From: an uncultured Nitrospiraceae bacterium
GTDB lineage: Bacteria > Nitrospirota > Thermodesulfovibrionia > Thermodesulfovibrionales > UBA6898
Assembly (NCBI GenBank): GCA_963811165.1
Contig: CAWEQH010000010.1
Span: forward strand, 192,001 to 256,000
Direction of reading: 5' to 3'
DNA: 64,000 nucleotides
A program made the position numbers and the translations under genes. Below, piece after piece: positions 17,557 through 28,557 of this stretch (its first letter is position 1; every line of letters begins with the position of its first letter). Under the pieces are notes generated by a model. The model was not told the origin of the DNA and ran no database searches. It saw nothing but the letters and a program-made list of their open reading frames with translations.

Positions 17557-18681
17557 TCAAAGGCCTAATCGTTCGAAAAGGCTTACGACAACGGAGTTTG
17601 AGAGTACAAGCCCCTTCCTTGTGAGTTTCAGGCGGTCATTGGCAAACTCGATATAACCTTGGTCAACGAGGTCGTCGACTGAAGAGGCGATAGCGGTCTC
17701 GCGGAGTTTGTCGTCTTTGAGGTCAATGCCTTCTCTTTTTCTCAGGCCGAGGAATATGAACTCTCTTATCGACTCATCATGCGTGACCTCTGTCGTCTCG
17801 ACATCGGGCGACAGACCGCCTTGCAGACGCTCTATATATGCATAGACATCCGGCGTGTTCTTCGCGCGCAGACCCTGCAAAAAAGAATGGGCCCCCGTCC
17901 CTGCAGCGATATATTCCCCCCTGTTCCAGTAGTTCATATTATGAAGACATCTGAAGCCCGGACGCGCGAAGTTCGATATCTCGTAATGTTCGTACCCGCA
18001 TGAGGAAAGAAAATCGATTGCCCGGTCATACATTTCTAGGACAAGTCCCTCGTCGGGCAACTCGAGTGCACCGGTCTTTAAGAGGCCGGATAACGGTGTT
18101 TTTTCCTCAGGGGTAAGCTCGTATGCAGAGATGTGCGAAGGGGCGAGTTCCACCGTCTCAGCAAGGGTTTTTTGCCAGGACTCCTTTGTCTGCCCGGGGA
18201 TGCCGTACATAAGGTCAAGGGAGATATTGCCGACCCCCAGGTCTTTAACGAGCCTGACCGACCTCTTTGCCTCCCCGGAGGTATGGACCCTTCCGAGCGT
18301 CCTTAGTTCCTCGTCGTCGAGGGACTGCACGCCCAGGCTGACCCTATTTACCCCAAGGGAAAGAAGCCCCTCTATCTTCGATCTGCTTATCGTACCCGGA
18401 TTCGCTTCTACGGTGATCTCGGCATATGGCGAAACAGTGAAGTTTTCTCTTATGCAGGAGAAGAGCCGTTTGAAAAAGTCTTCCGGCATAAGAGACGGCG
18501 TTCCTCCGCCTATGTAAACGGTCTCAAGCTCTCCGGCAGAATCCTTCCTGAGGCAAAGCTCTGCACAGAGGGCATCGGCATAACCCTTCACCAGGGACTC
18601 GTCATAGGGGACGGATATGAAATCGCAGTAAATACATTTTCTGACGCAAAAAGGGATATGGATATAAAGAGAATCGGCCAC
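17557..18681 (-). CDS. hemW: Radical SAM heme chaperone HemW (HemN-like)
   Basis: YIHIPFCxxxCxYCDF, GGGTPS, YEISNF, HNMNYW. Confidence 0.9.
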   Translation of the reverse strand: MADSLYIHIPFCVRKCIYCDFISVPYDESLVKGYADALCAELCLRKDSAGELETVYIGGGTPSLMPEDFFKRLFSCIRENFTVSPYAEITVEANPGTISRSKIEGLLSLGVNRVSLGVQSLDDEELRTLGRVHTSGEAKRSVRLVKDLGVGNISLDLMYGIPGQTKESWQKTLAETVELAPSHISAYELTPEEKTPLSGLLKTGALELPDEGLVLEMYDRAIDFLSSCGYEHYEISNFARPGFRCLHNMNYWNRGEYIAAGTGAHSFLQGLRAKNTPDVYAYIERLQGGLSPDVETTEVTHDESIREFIFLGLRKREGIDLKDDKLRETAIASSVDDLVDQGYIEFANDRLKLTRKGLVLSNSVVVSLFERLGL

Positions 18682-18707
18682 CTACTATTGTATCCTATTT
18701 GTCAGGG

Positions 18708-18735
18708 GTAAGGGCGCATTGCAATGCGCCCCTAC
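18708..18735. repeat. GTAG-type REP palindrome
   Basis: GTAAGGGCGCATTG/CAATGCGCCCCTAC, one mismatch, between divergent hemW and mazG. Confidence 0.8.
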
Positions 18736-18748
18736 TCGTACCGGTTGT

Positions 18749-18777
18749 TTGACAATCGGTGTCCACCGACTTATCAT
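18749..18777 (+). promoter_or_regulatory. Sigma70 promoter of mazG (predicted leaderless)
   Basis: TTGACA-N17-TATCAT, 8 nt before ATG 18786, no SD. Confidence 0.7.
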
Positions 18778-18785
18778 AAAACCCC

Positions 18786-19550
18786 ATGGATCTGAATGAA
18801 CTCATAGCGATAATGTCCGCACTCCGCGGCGAAAACGGTTGTCCCTGGGACAAGGACCAGACGAGAGAGTCCCTCAAGCCTTTTATTGTGGAAGAGGCAT
18901 ACGAGGTCCTCGAGGCCATCGACGAAAAGAATCCGGAGGCGATCAGGGAGGAGCTCGGAGACCTTCTCTTTCAGATAGTGTTTCAGTGCCAGATCGCCAA
19001 AGAAAGAGGGGAGTTCGAGATGGCGGACGTCATCGAAAAGATCGGGAAGAAGATGATCTCCAGACATCCTCATGTCTTCGGCGGCGCCGATTATAAGACC
19101 TCGGCTGAGGTGCTCGTACATTGGGAGGAACAGAAAAAGAAGGAGGGGAAGCAACGGGAATCGATCCTCGACGGCGTCCCTAAGGAACTTCCTTCCCTGC
19201 TCAGGGCCCACAGGCTCCAGGACAGGGCTTCGAGGGTTGGATTCGACTGGCAGAGTGTCGATGAAGTGATACAGAAACTCGAAGAGGAACTTGCGGAATT
19301 CAGAGAGGCCCTGCAAAGAAAGAAGGAAGAGGAGATTGAGGACGAGCTCGGCGACATATTCTTTGTGTTAGTGAATGTGTCGAGGTTTGTCGGTATAAAC
19401 CCCGAGGACGCGCTCAGAAAGACGATAAGCAAATTTATCTCACGCTTCAGGTTCATTGAGATGTCCGCTTCGGAGATGGGGAAAAAGCTGTCGGACATGA
19501 CTCTTGCGGAGATGGATGCGCTATGGGACAAGGCGAAGAAGAAAAAGTAG
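18786..19550 (+). CDS. mazG: Nucleoside triphosphate pyrophosphohydrolase MazG
   Basis: GCPWD..QT, EEAYE, EELGDLL, RHPHVF and a second MazG domain. Confidence 0.95.
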   Translation: MDLNELIAIMSALRGENGCPWDKDQTRESLKPFIVEEAYEVLEAIDEKNPEAIREELGDLLFQIVFQCQIAKERGEFEMADVIEKIGKKMISRHPHVFGGADYKTSAEVLVHWEEQKKKEGKQRESILDGVPKELPSLLRAHRLQDRASRVGFDWQSVDEVIQKLEEELAEFREALQRKKEEEIEDELGDIFFVLVNVSRFVGINPEDALRKTISKFISRFRFIEMSASEMGKKLSDMTLAEMDALWDKAKKKK

Positions 19551-19621
19551 GGGTGATACTGAAAGGACATAATATTGTCGCTCATTGTCGGCCTTCGACC
19601 TCCGAGGTATTTGCCCTCCAC

Positions 19622-19662
19622 CCCCCTTTAATCCCCCCTTAGTAAGGGGGGATTAAAGGGGG
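19622..19662. repeat. 20-bp-arm palindrome CCCCCTTTAATCCCCCCTTA-G-TAAGGGGGGATTAAAGGGGG
   Basis: Perfect inverted repeat with a 1-nt spacer between mazG and dinB. Confidence 0.8.
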
Positions 19663-19754
19663 TCTGTCTGAGTATCGGGCAAATAAAGCCGCTCCGAATA
19701 CTATGTCCTTTCAGTCAAAAAAATATGAATATGGTGGCTGATCGCTGATTTCCC

Positions 19755-20801
19755 ATGAGACGAATACTCCATATGGACATGGACGCTTTTTTTGCCTCTG
19801 TCGAGGAGAGAAGGCATCCCGAACTGAAGGGCAAGCCGGTCGTGATCGGTGGAGAAGGGGACCCTACGCAGAGGGGAGTGGTATCAACTGCTTCATACGA
19901 GGCCAGGAAATACGGCATCCATTCCGCGATGCCTCTTCGGACCGCCTACAAGCTCTGCCCTCACGCCGTCTTCCTGCCTGTTGACTATAAGGAATATTCC
20001 CGCGTGTCGGAGATCATAAAAAATACCCTTAGGCAATTTACCCCTCTTATTGAAGATGTCGGAATAGACGAGGCGTTCCTCGATATTTCAGACATCGAAG
20101 GATCTGCCGAGGAGGTCTCGGGTGAGATCAAGATAATGATTTTGCATGAGACCGGCCTTACCTGTTCAATCGGTATCGGCCCTAATAAACTGATAGCCAA
20201 GATTGCTTCCGACATGGAGAAACCCGACGGCCTGACGGTAATCAGCGAGGGCGACATTGAAGCCCGAATATGGCCGTTACAAGTGAGAAAACTCTGGGGC
20301 GTGGGGCCTAAGACCGAGACCTGTCTTAAGGACATGGGCATCGACACTATAGGAGATCTGGCCGCAACGCCGATCGAAACACTCATCGGGACTTTCGGCA
20401 ACTCTTACGGACGGTTTCTTTTTGAATCCTCACGAGGCAGGGACGAAAGTCCGCTCGTCACGAAATGGGAGCCGAAATCTTCCAGCCGTGAGACCACCTT
20501 TCAGAGAGACACCGACAATTGGCAGACAATCGCGAGGAACCTCGCCGAATTGACAAAGGAAGTGGTGGGAGATTTAAGACGGTCGGGGTACAAGGGGAAG
20601 AACGTCACCGTAAAAGTGAGGTTCAGCGATTTTAAGACCGTCACGAGGGCCAAGACACTTCAGCAGGCGAGCGATTCCCTGGAGGATATGAGAAGGGCCG
20701 CCTTCGAGTGTTTGGGGAGGATCGAGATCAAAAAGAAGGTGCGGCTCATCGGCGTGAGGGCGGGAAAACTTGAAAGGAATAGCGGAGAAGGCGGGGCATA
20801 A
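19755..20801 (+). CDS. dinB: DNA polymerase IV
   Basis: HMDMDAFFASVE, ASYEARKYG, IDEAFLD, KIASDMEKPDG. Confidence 0.95.
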   Translation: MRRILHMDMDAFFASVEERRHPELKGKPVVIGGEGDPTQRGVVSTASYEARKYGIHSAMPLRTAYKLCPHAVFLPVDYKEYSRVSEIIKNTLRQFTPLIEDVGIDEAFLDISDIEGSAEEVSGEIKIMILHETGLTCSIGIGPNKLIAKIASDMEKPDGLTVISEGDIEARIWPLQVRKLWGVGPKTETCLKDMGIDTIGDLAATPIETLIGTFGNSYGRFLFESSRGRDESPLVTKWEPKSSSRETTFQRDTDNWQTIARNLAELTKEVVGDLRRSGYKGKNVTVKVRFSDFKTVTRAKTLQQASDSLEDMRRAAFECLGRIEIKKKVRLIGVRAGKLERNSGEGGA

Positions 20802-20925
20802 TAATCTCGTTCATCCTTGGTCATCGAGCCTTACGACCTGGCTGAGGCGCCCCCTTTAATTTAAGGTCCGTGATTGTGTTATAATTAGTGGTTAATTAAG
20901 GGAATTTGCCTCAGAAGGGGGAGAA

Positions 20926-21804
20926 ATGCCAGATATACTAAAGAAGGCGATTTTTCCGGCGGCGGGTCTCGGGACCAGGTTTTTGCCGGCCACGAAGGCG
21001 TCTCCTAAGGAGATGATGCCGATCGTTGATAAGCCCATGATACAGTATGGGGTTGAAGAGGCGATCTCATGCGGTCTCAAAGAGATCGTCATCATTACAG
21101 GGAAACATAAAAGGAGCATCGAAGACCACTTCGATTACGCCTTCGAGCTGGAAGAGAAACTCAGGAAAAGCGGCAAGAAGAAACTCATAGAGGAGCTCAA
21201 CAGGCTCAGTAAGATCAAGATCGGATATATAAGGCAGGGATATGCGCTCGGTCTGGGGCACGCGATCTCGTGTGCGAGGCCTTTTGTCAATGACGAGCCC
21301 TTTGCGGTCATCCTCAGCGATGACATTATCGATCCGGAGGAATCTCTCCTTAAAGACATGGTGGAGCTTTATAAGAGACTGAAAAGTCCGATCCTCGCGC
21401 TTGAAAAGGTACCTGCTTCAGAAATTCACAGGTATGGGGTGATCGGCGGGGTGAAGGAGTCGGACGGCGTCTACAGGATAGATACGCTTGTGGAGAAGCC
21501 GAGCGCAGAATCTGCTCCGTCTGATCTGGCTATCATCGGAAGGTACATACTTACTCCCGACATTTTTGGAATACTTGAGAGGTCGAAGCCGGGCAAGGGA
21601 GGAGAGATACAGCTTACCGACGCTATTGCAAAACTCCTCAAGAAGAGACCGGTCTACGGGTATCTCTTTAAGGGAAAAAGGTATGACGCAGGGGATAAAT
21701 TCGGCTACCTGAAGGCGACCGTACATTTCGCCCTCAAGAACCCCGAGCTTTCCGAACAGTTCAAGTCTCATATACTCGAAGTGGCCCGGAAACTGAAGCG
21801 CTGA
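20926..21804 (+). CDS. galU: UTP--glucose-1-phosphate uridylyltransferase
   Basis: PAAGLGTRFLPATKA.PKEM, VEKP, GEIQLTDAI. Confidence 0.96.
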   Translation: MPDILKKAIFPAAGLGTRFLPATKASPKEMMPIVDKPMIQYGVEEAISCGLKEIVIITGKHKRSIEDHFDYAFELEEKLRKSGKKKLIEELNRLSKIKIGYIRQGYALGLGHAISCARPFVNDEPFAVILSDDIIDPEESLLKDMVELYKRLKSPILALEKVPASEIHRYGVIGGVKESDGVYRIDTLVEKPSAESAPSDLAIIGRYILTPDIFGILERSKPGKGGEIQLTDAIAKLLKKRPVYGYLFKGKRYDAGDKFGYLKATVHFALKNPELSEQFKSHILEVARKLKR

Positions 21805-21904
21805 TACCGACCCGCCCGTGTTGCTATCTTCACGGATTTGTGATTAAATTTTACTAAGATGATGTCTGGAAGTGACGGACCAACACGAAGAACAAGGAGA
21901 CGGA

Positions 21905-24292
21905 ATGGCTGAGCTTGACAAGAATGATGTAAATAAAGACAAGGACGTAGAGATCCCCGACACCCTGCCGGTTCTTCCGGTAAGAGACATAGTTGTTTTT
22001 CCCTATATGATTATCCCTCTTTTCGTCGGGCGGGAGATATCGATCAAGGCCATCGATACTGCTTTGAGCTCAAACAGGATGATCCTGCTTTTGACCCAGA
22101 AGGACCTGAGCGTTGAAGCCCCGGTAACAGCCGATCTGTATTCCGTCGGGACCGTGGGCATGATCATGAGGATGCTGAAGCTGCCCGATGGCCGGGTCAA
22201 GATTCTCGTACAGGGATTGTCCAAGGCAAGAGTTAAGAAGTTTACCCAGACCGGCGCTTTTTTCACTGCTGAAATCGAGAAGATCGAGGAGGTCAAACCT
22301 GAAACCCTTTCCGTGGAGGAAGAGGCCGAGATAAGGTCCGTTAAGGAGCAACTCGACAAGGCGGTTTCTTACGGTAAAACGGTCCTTCCCGATATCATGG
22401 TGGTAATCGAAAACCTGGATGATCCCGGAAGGCTTGCGGACCTCGTTGCCTCCAATCTTGGGCTGAAAGCCGAGCAGGCGCAGGAGGTCATGGAAATTCT
22501 CAATCCCACACAGAGACTGAGGCGGGTCAGCGAGATGCTGAGCCGTGAGATAGAACTCCTCATAGTACAGCAGAAGATACAGTCCGAAGCGAGGGGGGAG
22601 ATAGACAAGACGCAGCGCGAGTATTTTCTTAGGGAGCAGTTGAAGGCGATTCAGAAAGAACTTGGGGATATCGACGAAAGGGCGGAAGAGGTAAGGGAGT
22701 TTAGAAAGAAGATAGAAGACTCGAAGATGCCCGAGAAGGTCTTCAAGGAGGCGGAGAAACAGCTTAAGAGGCTTGAAAAGATGCATCCCGACAGCGCCGA
22801 GGCGGCGACGATCAGGACGTATCTCGACTGGCTCGTTGAGCTCCCCTGGTCGAAGAGCACTAAGGACAATCTCGACATCAAGGCGGCCCATAAGGTGCTC
22901 AATGATGATCATTACGACCTCGAAAAGGTCAAAGAAAGAATCCTCGAATATCTGAGCGTCAGGAAACTGAAGGAAAAGATGAAGGGCCCGATCATCTGTT
23001 TTATAGGCCCTCCGGGAGTCGGGAAGACCTCGCTCGGCCGGTCCATCGCAAGGGCGCTCGGCAGGGAATTCGTGCGGATGTCGCTTGGCGGGGTAAGGGA
23101 TGAGGCGGAGATAAGGGGCCACAGACGGACCTATGTCGGCGCGCTGCCGGGAAGGATTATTCAGGGTATCAAGCAGGCCGGCAGGAACAACCCTGTCTTT
23201 ATGCTCGATGAAATAGACAAAATAGGCAATGACTTCAGAGGCGACCCCTCTTCTGCGCTTTTAGAGGTGCTCGATCCGGAGCAGAACTTTGCCTTTGCGG
23301 ACCACTATCTATCGGTGCCTTTCGATTTGTCACGGGTCATGTTCATTACGACGGGCAATCTGGCCGACACCATTCCAGGACCGCTTAGGGACAGGATGGA
23401 GATAATTTATCTGTCGGGCTATACCTCCGAGGAGAAACTCGGCATTGCCAAAAAATACCTCCTTCCCAAGCAGCTCGATGAGCATGGTCTTACGAAAAAG
23501 GTCCTTTCGATTACCGATTCGGCCTTGATGCTTCTTATATCCCAATATACGAGAGAGGCCGGCGTCAGGAACCTCGAACGGGAAATTGCGAACCTCTGCA
23601 GAAAGGTCGCAAAGAAGATAGCCGAGGGCAAGGAAAGGAAATTCAACGTCGTTACGGGCAGCCTCCAGAGTTACCTCGGCGTACCGAAATTCCTGCCCGA
23701 GGAAGAGATGGAAGAAGACGAAGTAGGCGTATCGACCGGTCTTGCATGGACTGAGGCGGGTGGCGACATTATCTACATCGAGGCCACGACGATGATGGGA
23801 AAGGGCCATCTGACACTTACAGGACAGCTAGGCGACGTGATGAAGGAATCGGCGCAGGCGGCGCTGAGTTATATCCGCTCGAGGGCCAAGACGCTCGGCA
23901 TCAAAGAAGACGTCTTTTCAAAAGTCGACATCCATATACATGTGCCTGCCGGTGCGATCCCGAAAGACGGTCCGTCAGCCGGGATCACAATAGCCACGGC
24001 GCTGGCGTCGGTACTTACGGGCAGGCCGGTAAATAAGAATATCGCGATGACCGGTGAGGTGACATTGAGGGGCCGTGTGCTTCCGATCGGCGGGCTGAAG
24101 GAAAAGACCCTTGCCGCCAAGAGGATGGGAATAAAGAAAGTGGTTGTACCGAAAAGGAACAAGAAGGACCTCGAGGAGATCCCTAAGTATATCAAGAAAG
24201 ACATGGAATTCGTGTTCGCCGACACCATGGACCAGGTGTTGAAGGTCGCACTTCGGCCCGAGAAGAAATCTGTATCAAAGAAGAAGAAATAA
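21905..24292 (+). CDS. lon: ATP-dependent protease La
   Basis: LON N-domain, [35 protein letters not shown] 21905 after AAGGAG. Confidence 0.98.
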   Translation: MAELDKNDVNKDKDVEIPDTLPVLPVRDIVVFPYMIIPLFVGREISIKAIDTALSSNRMILLLTQKDLSVEAPVTADLYSVGTVGMIMRMLKLPDGRVKILVQGLSKARVKKFTQTGAFFTAEIEKIEEVKPETLSVEEEAEIRSVKEQLDKAVSYGKTVLPDIMVVIENLDDPGRLADLVASNLGLKAEQAQEVMEILNPTQRLRRVSEMLSREIELLIVQQKIQSEARGEIDKTQREYFLREQLKAIQKELGDIDERAEEVREFRKKIEDSKMPEKVFKEAEKQLKRLEKMHPDSAEAATIRTYLDWLVELPWSKSTKDNLDIKAAHKVLNDDHYDLEKVKERILEYLSVRKLKEKMKGPIICFIGPPGVGKTSLGRSIARALGREFVRMSLGGVRDEAEIRGHRRTYVGALPGRIIQGIKQAGRNNPVFMLDEIDKIGNDFRGDPSSALLEVLDPEQNFAFADHYLSVPFDLSRVMFITTGNLADTIPGPLRDRMEIIYLSGYTSEEKLGIAKKYLLPKQLDEHGLTKKVLSITDSALMLLISQYTREAGVRNLEREIANLCRKVAKKIAEGKERKFNVVTGSLQSYLGVPKFLPEEEMEEDEVGVSTGLAWTEAGGDIIYIEATTMMGKGHLTLTGQLGDVMKESAQAALSYIRSRAKTLGIKEDVFSKVDIHIHVPAGAIPKDGPSAGITIATALASVLTGRPVNKNIAMTGEVTLRGRVLPIGGLKEKTLAAKRMGIKKVVVPKRNKKDLEEIPKYIKKDMEFVFADTMDQVLKVALRPEKKSVSKKKK

Positions 24293-24317
24293 TGGCAGGG
24301 GCGGCCTGCGGCCGCAG

Positions 24318-25301
24318 ATGAAGCTTTCCGAGGCCGGTGAGCTCTCCCTTCTTGATATTCTCAGAAAAAGGTTCGGGAAAAGGGCGCCCGGCCTTGTGCT
24401 CGGCATCGGCGATGATTCGGCAGTTATAAGACCCCGGTCTGAAAACATGCTTCTTACCTCCGACATGATGGTCGAGGGAGTGCACTTCGATCTGAGTTGG
24501 ATAACTCCCTATCAGCTCGGTTTTAAATTAGTTTCGGTCAACGTAAGCGATATCTACGCGATGGGCGGCAAGCCTGAATTCATGCTGCTTGATTTTGCCG
24601 CACCTGGGGATTTTGAAAAATCGCAATTCGATTTACTCTTTGACGGCATAGCTGAAGCACTGAAGACATACAGACTCTCTCTTATAGGCGGCGACATCTC
24701 GGCGGCAGACAGGGTCGTGCTGTCGGCCACCGTCTCGGGCTCGGCAGAGAGAGTCGTTGGCAGGGGTGGGGCGAAGACGGGCGATCTCATTTATGTATCG
24801 GGATACCTGGGGGATTCGGCGTGCGGCCTGAGGGTGCTGAAGAGTATCGGCAGGACCGTGGCAATCGAAAAGAAGAAGAAGGTCGATTTCGGGCCCGGCT
24901 GGAAAGCTGTCGGACCTCTCGTAAGAAGACACCTGATGCCCCTTGCGGTAGAGCCATCAAGGTTTTCGGGCAAGGCCACTGCGATGATGGATATCAGCGA
25001 CGGACTTTTCATCGATCTATCGAGACTCTGTAAGGAAAGCGGTGTGGGTGCAAAAATATATGAGGATAAAATACCTATGTCGGAACCACTGAGAACGACG
25101 GCTGAATATCTGGGTGTCGACCCCCTTGACTTGGCTACGGGCGGCGGGGAAGATTATGAACTCCTCTTTACTGCGCCGGTACGGGTAAAGGTGGACGCCT
25201 TCTGTATCGGCGAGATAACGAGGAGGGGGCTGAGGATAGCCGGCCGCAACGGGAAAAGCAGGAAGGTAACGATGAGGGGGTATAGGCACTTTGCATTTTA
25301 A
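24318..25301 (+). CDS. thiL: Thiamine-monophosphate kinase
   Basis: GIGDDSA, NVSDIYAMGG, DISDGL, GGEDYELLFT. Confidence 0.95.
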   Translation: MKLSEAGELSLLDILRKRFGKRAPGLVLGIGDDSAVIRPRSENMLLTSDMMVEGVHFDLSWITPYQLGFKLVSVNVSDIYAMGGKPEFMLLDFAAPGDFEKSQFDLLFDGIAEALKTYRLSLIGGDISAADRVVLSATVSGSAERVVGRGGAKTGDLIYVSGYLGDSACGLRVLKSIGRTVAIEKKKKVDFGPGWKAVGPLVRRHLMPLAVEPSRFSGKATAMMDISDGLFIDLSRLCKESGVGAKIYEDKIPMSEPLRTTAEYLGVDPLDLATGGGEDYELLFTAPVRVKVDAFCIGEITRRGLRIAGRNGKSRKVTMRGYRHFAF

Positions 25302-25719
25302 AGACAGACTGAGAGAAGTCCTGTCCGTTAATGAACCCCCGCACAAGGTGGCCCTGGCTTTTTCAATCGGCATATTTGTCGGTATGTCTCCCCTTCTTGG
25401 CCTGCACACCGTACTGGGTATCATCCTGGCGTGGCAGTTGAGACTGAACAAACTTGTGACTTTGATAGGGGTCTATATAACGAACCCCTGGACGATAGTG
25501 CCGATCTATACGTTTGGCACCTGGGTCGGTGCAAAAGTTCTGGGTATCACCCATATCATTCCGCCGATGGACTGGTCGCATATCACGTGCAGGGTCTTGT
25601 TTTACGAATTCAAACATCTCCTTGTGCCGTTTGTCGTAGGCAGTCTCTTGATGGCAACCGTTTCGTCAATATTGGGCTATATCCTCATCTATAGGGCGGT
25701 CAAGAGCGCTCGTGGCTAA
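25291..25719 (+). CDS. DUF2062 membrane protein
   Basis: PHKVALAFSIGIF.G..P, ITNPWT.VPIY, hydrophobic segments. Confidence 0.85.
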   Translation: MHFKDRLREVLSVNEPPHKVALAFSIGIFVGMSPLLGLHTVLGIILAWQLRLNKLVTLIGVYITNPWTIVPIYTFGTWVGAKVLGITHIIPPMDWSHITCRVLFYEFKHLLVPFVVGSLLMATVSSILGYILIYRAVKSARG

Positions 25720-27004
25720 AGTATTTCTTCTGAGTCTCGGCTGCCCGAAGAACCTGGTCGATTCTGAAAACCTTCTGAGGAAACTTGGCGACAGGGGGAT
25801 TTCCTATTCGGACAGCCCTGAAGACTCCGACATACTCGTTGTCAATACCTGCGGCTTCATCGAAGAGGCAAAGAGGGAATCGATCGAGGAGATATTGCGC
25901 ATCGCCGGGGTAAAGAAGGCGGGGAAGAGGAAAAAACTCCTCGTCTATGGATGCCTTGCAAAGAGGTTTGGCGGAGAACTGAGGGATGAGATCCCCGAGA
26001 TCGATGCACTCTGGGGTGTAGGCCAGGACGACGAGATCGTCAGGTACTGCGAATCAATTGCCGGGCCGCGGACCATCCCTAGAAAAGGGGCTTCGGCGAT
26101 GAGACAATTCAGCGATACCCCTTATGCGTACCTGAAGATCGCAGAAGGCTGCGACAGGGGATGTTCGTACTGCGTAATCCCCAGGATCAGGGGATCGTTT
26201 AGGAGCAGGGATATAAAGGATATCCTGCGTGAAGCGGAAGACCTCCTTTTAGAGGGGGTGAAGGAACTGATTATCGTCGCGCAGGACATCACCTCTTACG
26301 GGAAAGACATAAAAGGGTACGATCTCGGCAAACTTATAAGAAAGATCGCTTCTTTGAAAGGCGATTTCTGGATACGGCTTCTCTATCTCTATCCTACGTC
26401 GATAAATGACGATCTCCTTGAGACGATGGCCGCCGAAAAGAAAGTCTGCAAATATATAGACATGCCGCTTCAGCATTCCGAAGACAGGATCCTCAAACTC
26501 ATGGGCAGGGGAGGCAGCAGGGCCTATTATGAAAAACTTATCAGGAGGATCAGGAGGATAATCCCGGAGGTCATAATACGCACCACTTTCATCGTGGGCT
26601 TTCCCCAGGAGAGTGAAGAGGAGAGTGAGAACCTCGCTGCCTTCGTCAAGAAAATGGAATTTGACCGGATGGGCGCCTTCACCTATTCTAACGAAAAGGA
26701 CACGCCGGCTTCAGGGTTGAAAGCCCAGGTGTCGAAGCGGACTAAGAAGGAAAGATATGAAAGGATCATGGGGATTCAGTCGGCGATATCCCTTTCGAAG
26801 AACAAGGCCCTTGTGGGAAAGACCTTTAGGGCGCTGGTGGATGAAATCGATGACGGAGTCGCGATCGCAAGGCTTTATTCCCAGGCGCCGGAGATCGACG
26901 GCGTTGTCTTCATCGAAGATGAAGGAATCGAAAAGGGGACCTTTGTCAAGGTGAAGATAACCGAGGCGTTCGATTACGATCTGAAGGGTAAGGTTGTGAA
27001 ATGA
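25712..27004 (+). CDS. rimO: Ribosomal protein S12 methylthiotransferase
   Basis: SLGCPKNLVDSE, NTCGFI, EGCxxxCxxC, APEIDG TRAM domain. Confidence 0.95.
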   Translation: MAKVFLLSLGCPKNLVDSENLLRKLGDRGISYSDSPEDSDILVVNTCGFIEEAKRESIEEILRIAGVKKAGKRKKLLVYGCLAKRFGGELRDEIPEIDALWGVGQDDEIVRYCESIAGPRTIPRKGASAMRQFSDTPYAYLKIAEGCDRGCSYCVIPRIRGSFRSRDIKDILREAEDLLLEGVKELIIVAQDITSYGKDIKGYDLGKLIRKIASLKGDFWIRLLYLYPTSINDDLLETMAAEKKVCKYIDMPLQHSEDRILKLMGRGGSRAYYEKLIRRIRRIIPEVIIRTTFIVGFPQESEEESENLAAFVKKMEFDRMGAFTYSNEKDTPASGLKAQVSKRTKKERYERIMGIQSAISLSKNKALVGKTFRALVDEIDDGVAIARLYSQAPEIDGVVFIEDEGIEKGTFVKVKITEAFDYDLKGKVVK

Positions 27005-27834
27005 GAAAGTTCCCCTATCTGCATCTTATCCTTTTTCTGCTGACCTTCCTTTCAACACTTGCGGTCGGAGCCCTAAACGAGGGGGTCGACATAATTAAGG
27101 AACCCGGCAAAATTTATCTCGGTCTTCCTTTTTCCGCGACACTTCTTTGCATACTCCTGGCGCACGAATTTTCTCATTATCTTGCTTCGAGGAAGCACGG
27201 GGTGGAGGCGACGCTGCCGTATTTTATCCCTGCGCCGACGCTCTTTGGCACATTAGGGGCCTTTATAAAGATGAAGTCGCCGATCAGCAGTAGAAACGCG
27301 CTCATGGATATCGGTGCCTCGGGTCCTATCGCCGGATTTATCGTCGCTATGGTTGCCACGATCATAGGCCTCTTCCTTTCGAAGATCGTTCCGGTACATA
27401 AGGTTGAAGGCATGATTACACTCGGCGATTCGCTTCTTTTTAAAGGGCTCTCGAGACTTATCCTCGGAAGCGTACCCGAGGGCTCTGATGTGATTCTTCA
27501 TCCGGTGGCCTTCGCAGGGTGGATCGGTTTCTTTGTGACCGCGCTGAACCTTATTCCGATCGGCCAGCTTGACGGCGGGCATATAGTGTATGCCCTCATC
27601 GGAGAACGACATGGGAAGCTTTCGAAGGTGCTGATCGGGGTGATGGTCGGTCTCGGTCTCCTCCTGTGGGAGGGATGGCTGGTATGGGCGGTCCTTTTGA
27701 TTATTCTAGGCTCAAAACATCCGCCGATAATTTATTCCGAAGAACCGCTTGACCAAAGGAGAAAGAGGATAGGATGGTTCGCGGTATTCATTTTTATCCT
27801 TACCTTCATTCCTGTGCCGATCACGATTGCGTGA
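27001..27834 (+). CDS. Site-2 protease (peptidase M50)
   Basis: HEFSH, NLIPIGQLDGGH, multiple TM helices. Confidence 0.92.
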   Translation: MRKFPYLHLILFLLTFLSTLAVGALNEGVDIIKEPGKIYLGLPFSATLLCILLAHEFSHYLASRKHGVEATLPYFIPAPTLFGTLGAFIKMKSPISSRNALMDIGASGPIAGFIVAMVATIIGLFLSKIVPVHKVEGMITLGDSLLFKGLSRLILGSVPEGSDVILHPVAFAGWIGFFVTALNLIPIGQLDGGHIVYALIGERHGKLSKVLIGVMVGLGLLLWEGWLVWAVLLIILGSKHPPIIYSEEPLDQRRKRIGWFAVFIFILTFIPVPITIA

Positions 27835-27905
27835 ATGGTTTGCGCAAAACTTTTCTTTACCTGAAGATCAGTATTCCTGATTGAGACTGAGCAGGTGTCA
27901 TAAAT

Positions 27906-28499
27906 ATGGTTCAGAATATAATTCGGGAGAATTTCAAAAAACACTACGCTCGGGCCTTCCTGGATCTGCGGGCTTCCGGAAATGCGATGTTGGCTGCGGT
28001 CATTATCTTCCTTGCGGGCATTTTGATCGGACTACACAGCCCTTCCTGGGGCGATGACCTTATTTCCGCGCTGAAAGGGATGGCGCGTCATATTTCGGGG
28101 AAGGGTACGCCTCTTATAATAATTGCGATTTTTTTCAGAAACAGTCTTTCGGCCGCGATTTCGGTCATATCGGGCCCGCTGCTTGGAATAATGCCTGCGT
28201 TGGGCGCTGTTACGAATGGTCTCTTACTCGGGGCCGTCTTCTCGCATCTCACCGTAGCTGAGAGAATAAATGCAATGTTGCTATTGGTCCCTCACGGGAT
28301 TTTCGAATTGCCGGCGATAGCTGTGGCGTGGGGTCTCGGTATTTGGCAGGGCATATGGTATTTCGAAAGAGGCCCTAAAGAGACGTTTCGTGAGAGAAGG
28401 AGAAAGGCCTTTCATATCTTCTTTATCGTCATCCTGCCTCTTCTGCTCGTTGCGGCAACCATAGAAGGGATAAGCATCGCTATCTTGAAGACCCGATAG
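27906..28499 (+). CDS. SpoIIM (DUF95) family membrane protein
   Basis: IFFRN, NG...G, PHGIFELPA, AATIEG. Confidence 0.85.
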   Translation: MVQNIIRENFKKHYARAFLDLRASGNAMLAAVIIFLAGILIGLHSPSWGDDLISALKGMARHISGKGTPLIIIAIFFRNSLSAAISVISGPLLGIMPALGAVTNGLLLGAVFSHLTVAERINAMLLLVPHGIFELPAIAVAWGLGIWQGIWYFERGPKETFRERRRKAFHIFFIVILPLLLVAATIEGISIAILKTR

Positions 28500-28519
28500 A
28501 GGGAAATTTGGATAAGGAG

Positions 28520-28550
28520 ATGCAAGGGAGTGCCGGGCACTCCCTTGCAT
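28520..28550. terminator. Hairpin between convergent genes (possible bidirectional terminator)
   Basis: ATGCAAGGGAGTGCC-G-GGCACTCCCTTGCAT perfect inverted repeat; no clear U-tract. Confidence 0.6.
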
Positions 28551-28557
28551 GAATGAG

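Noticed and set aside
22070..23122. Long antisense ORFs (also 12344-13309 and 36673-37494)
   Set aside because: Shadows of lon, ileS and the IS110 gene, with no recognisable motifs
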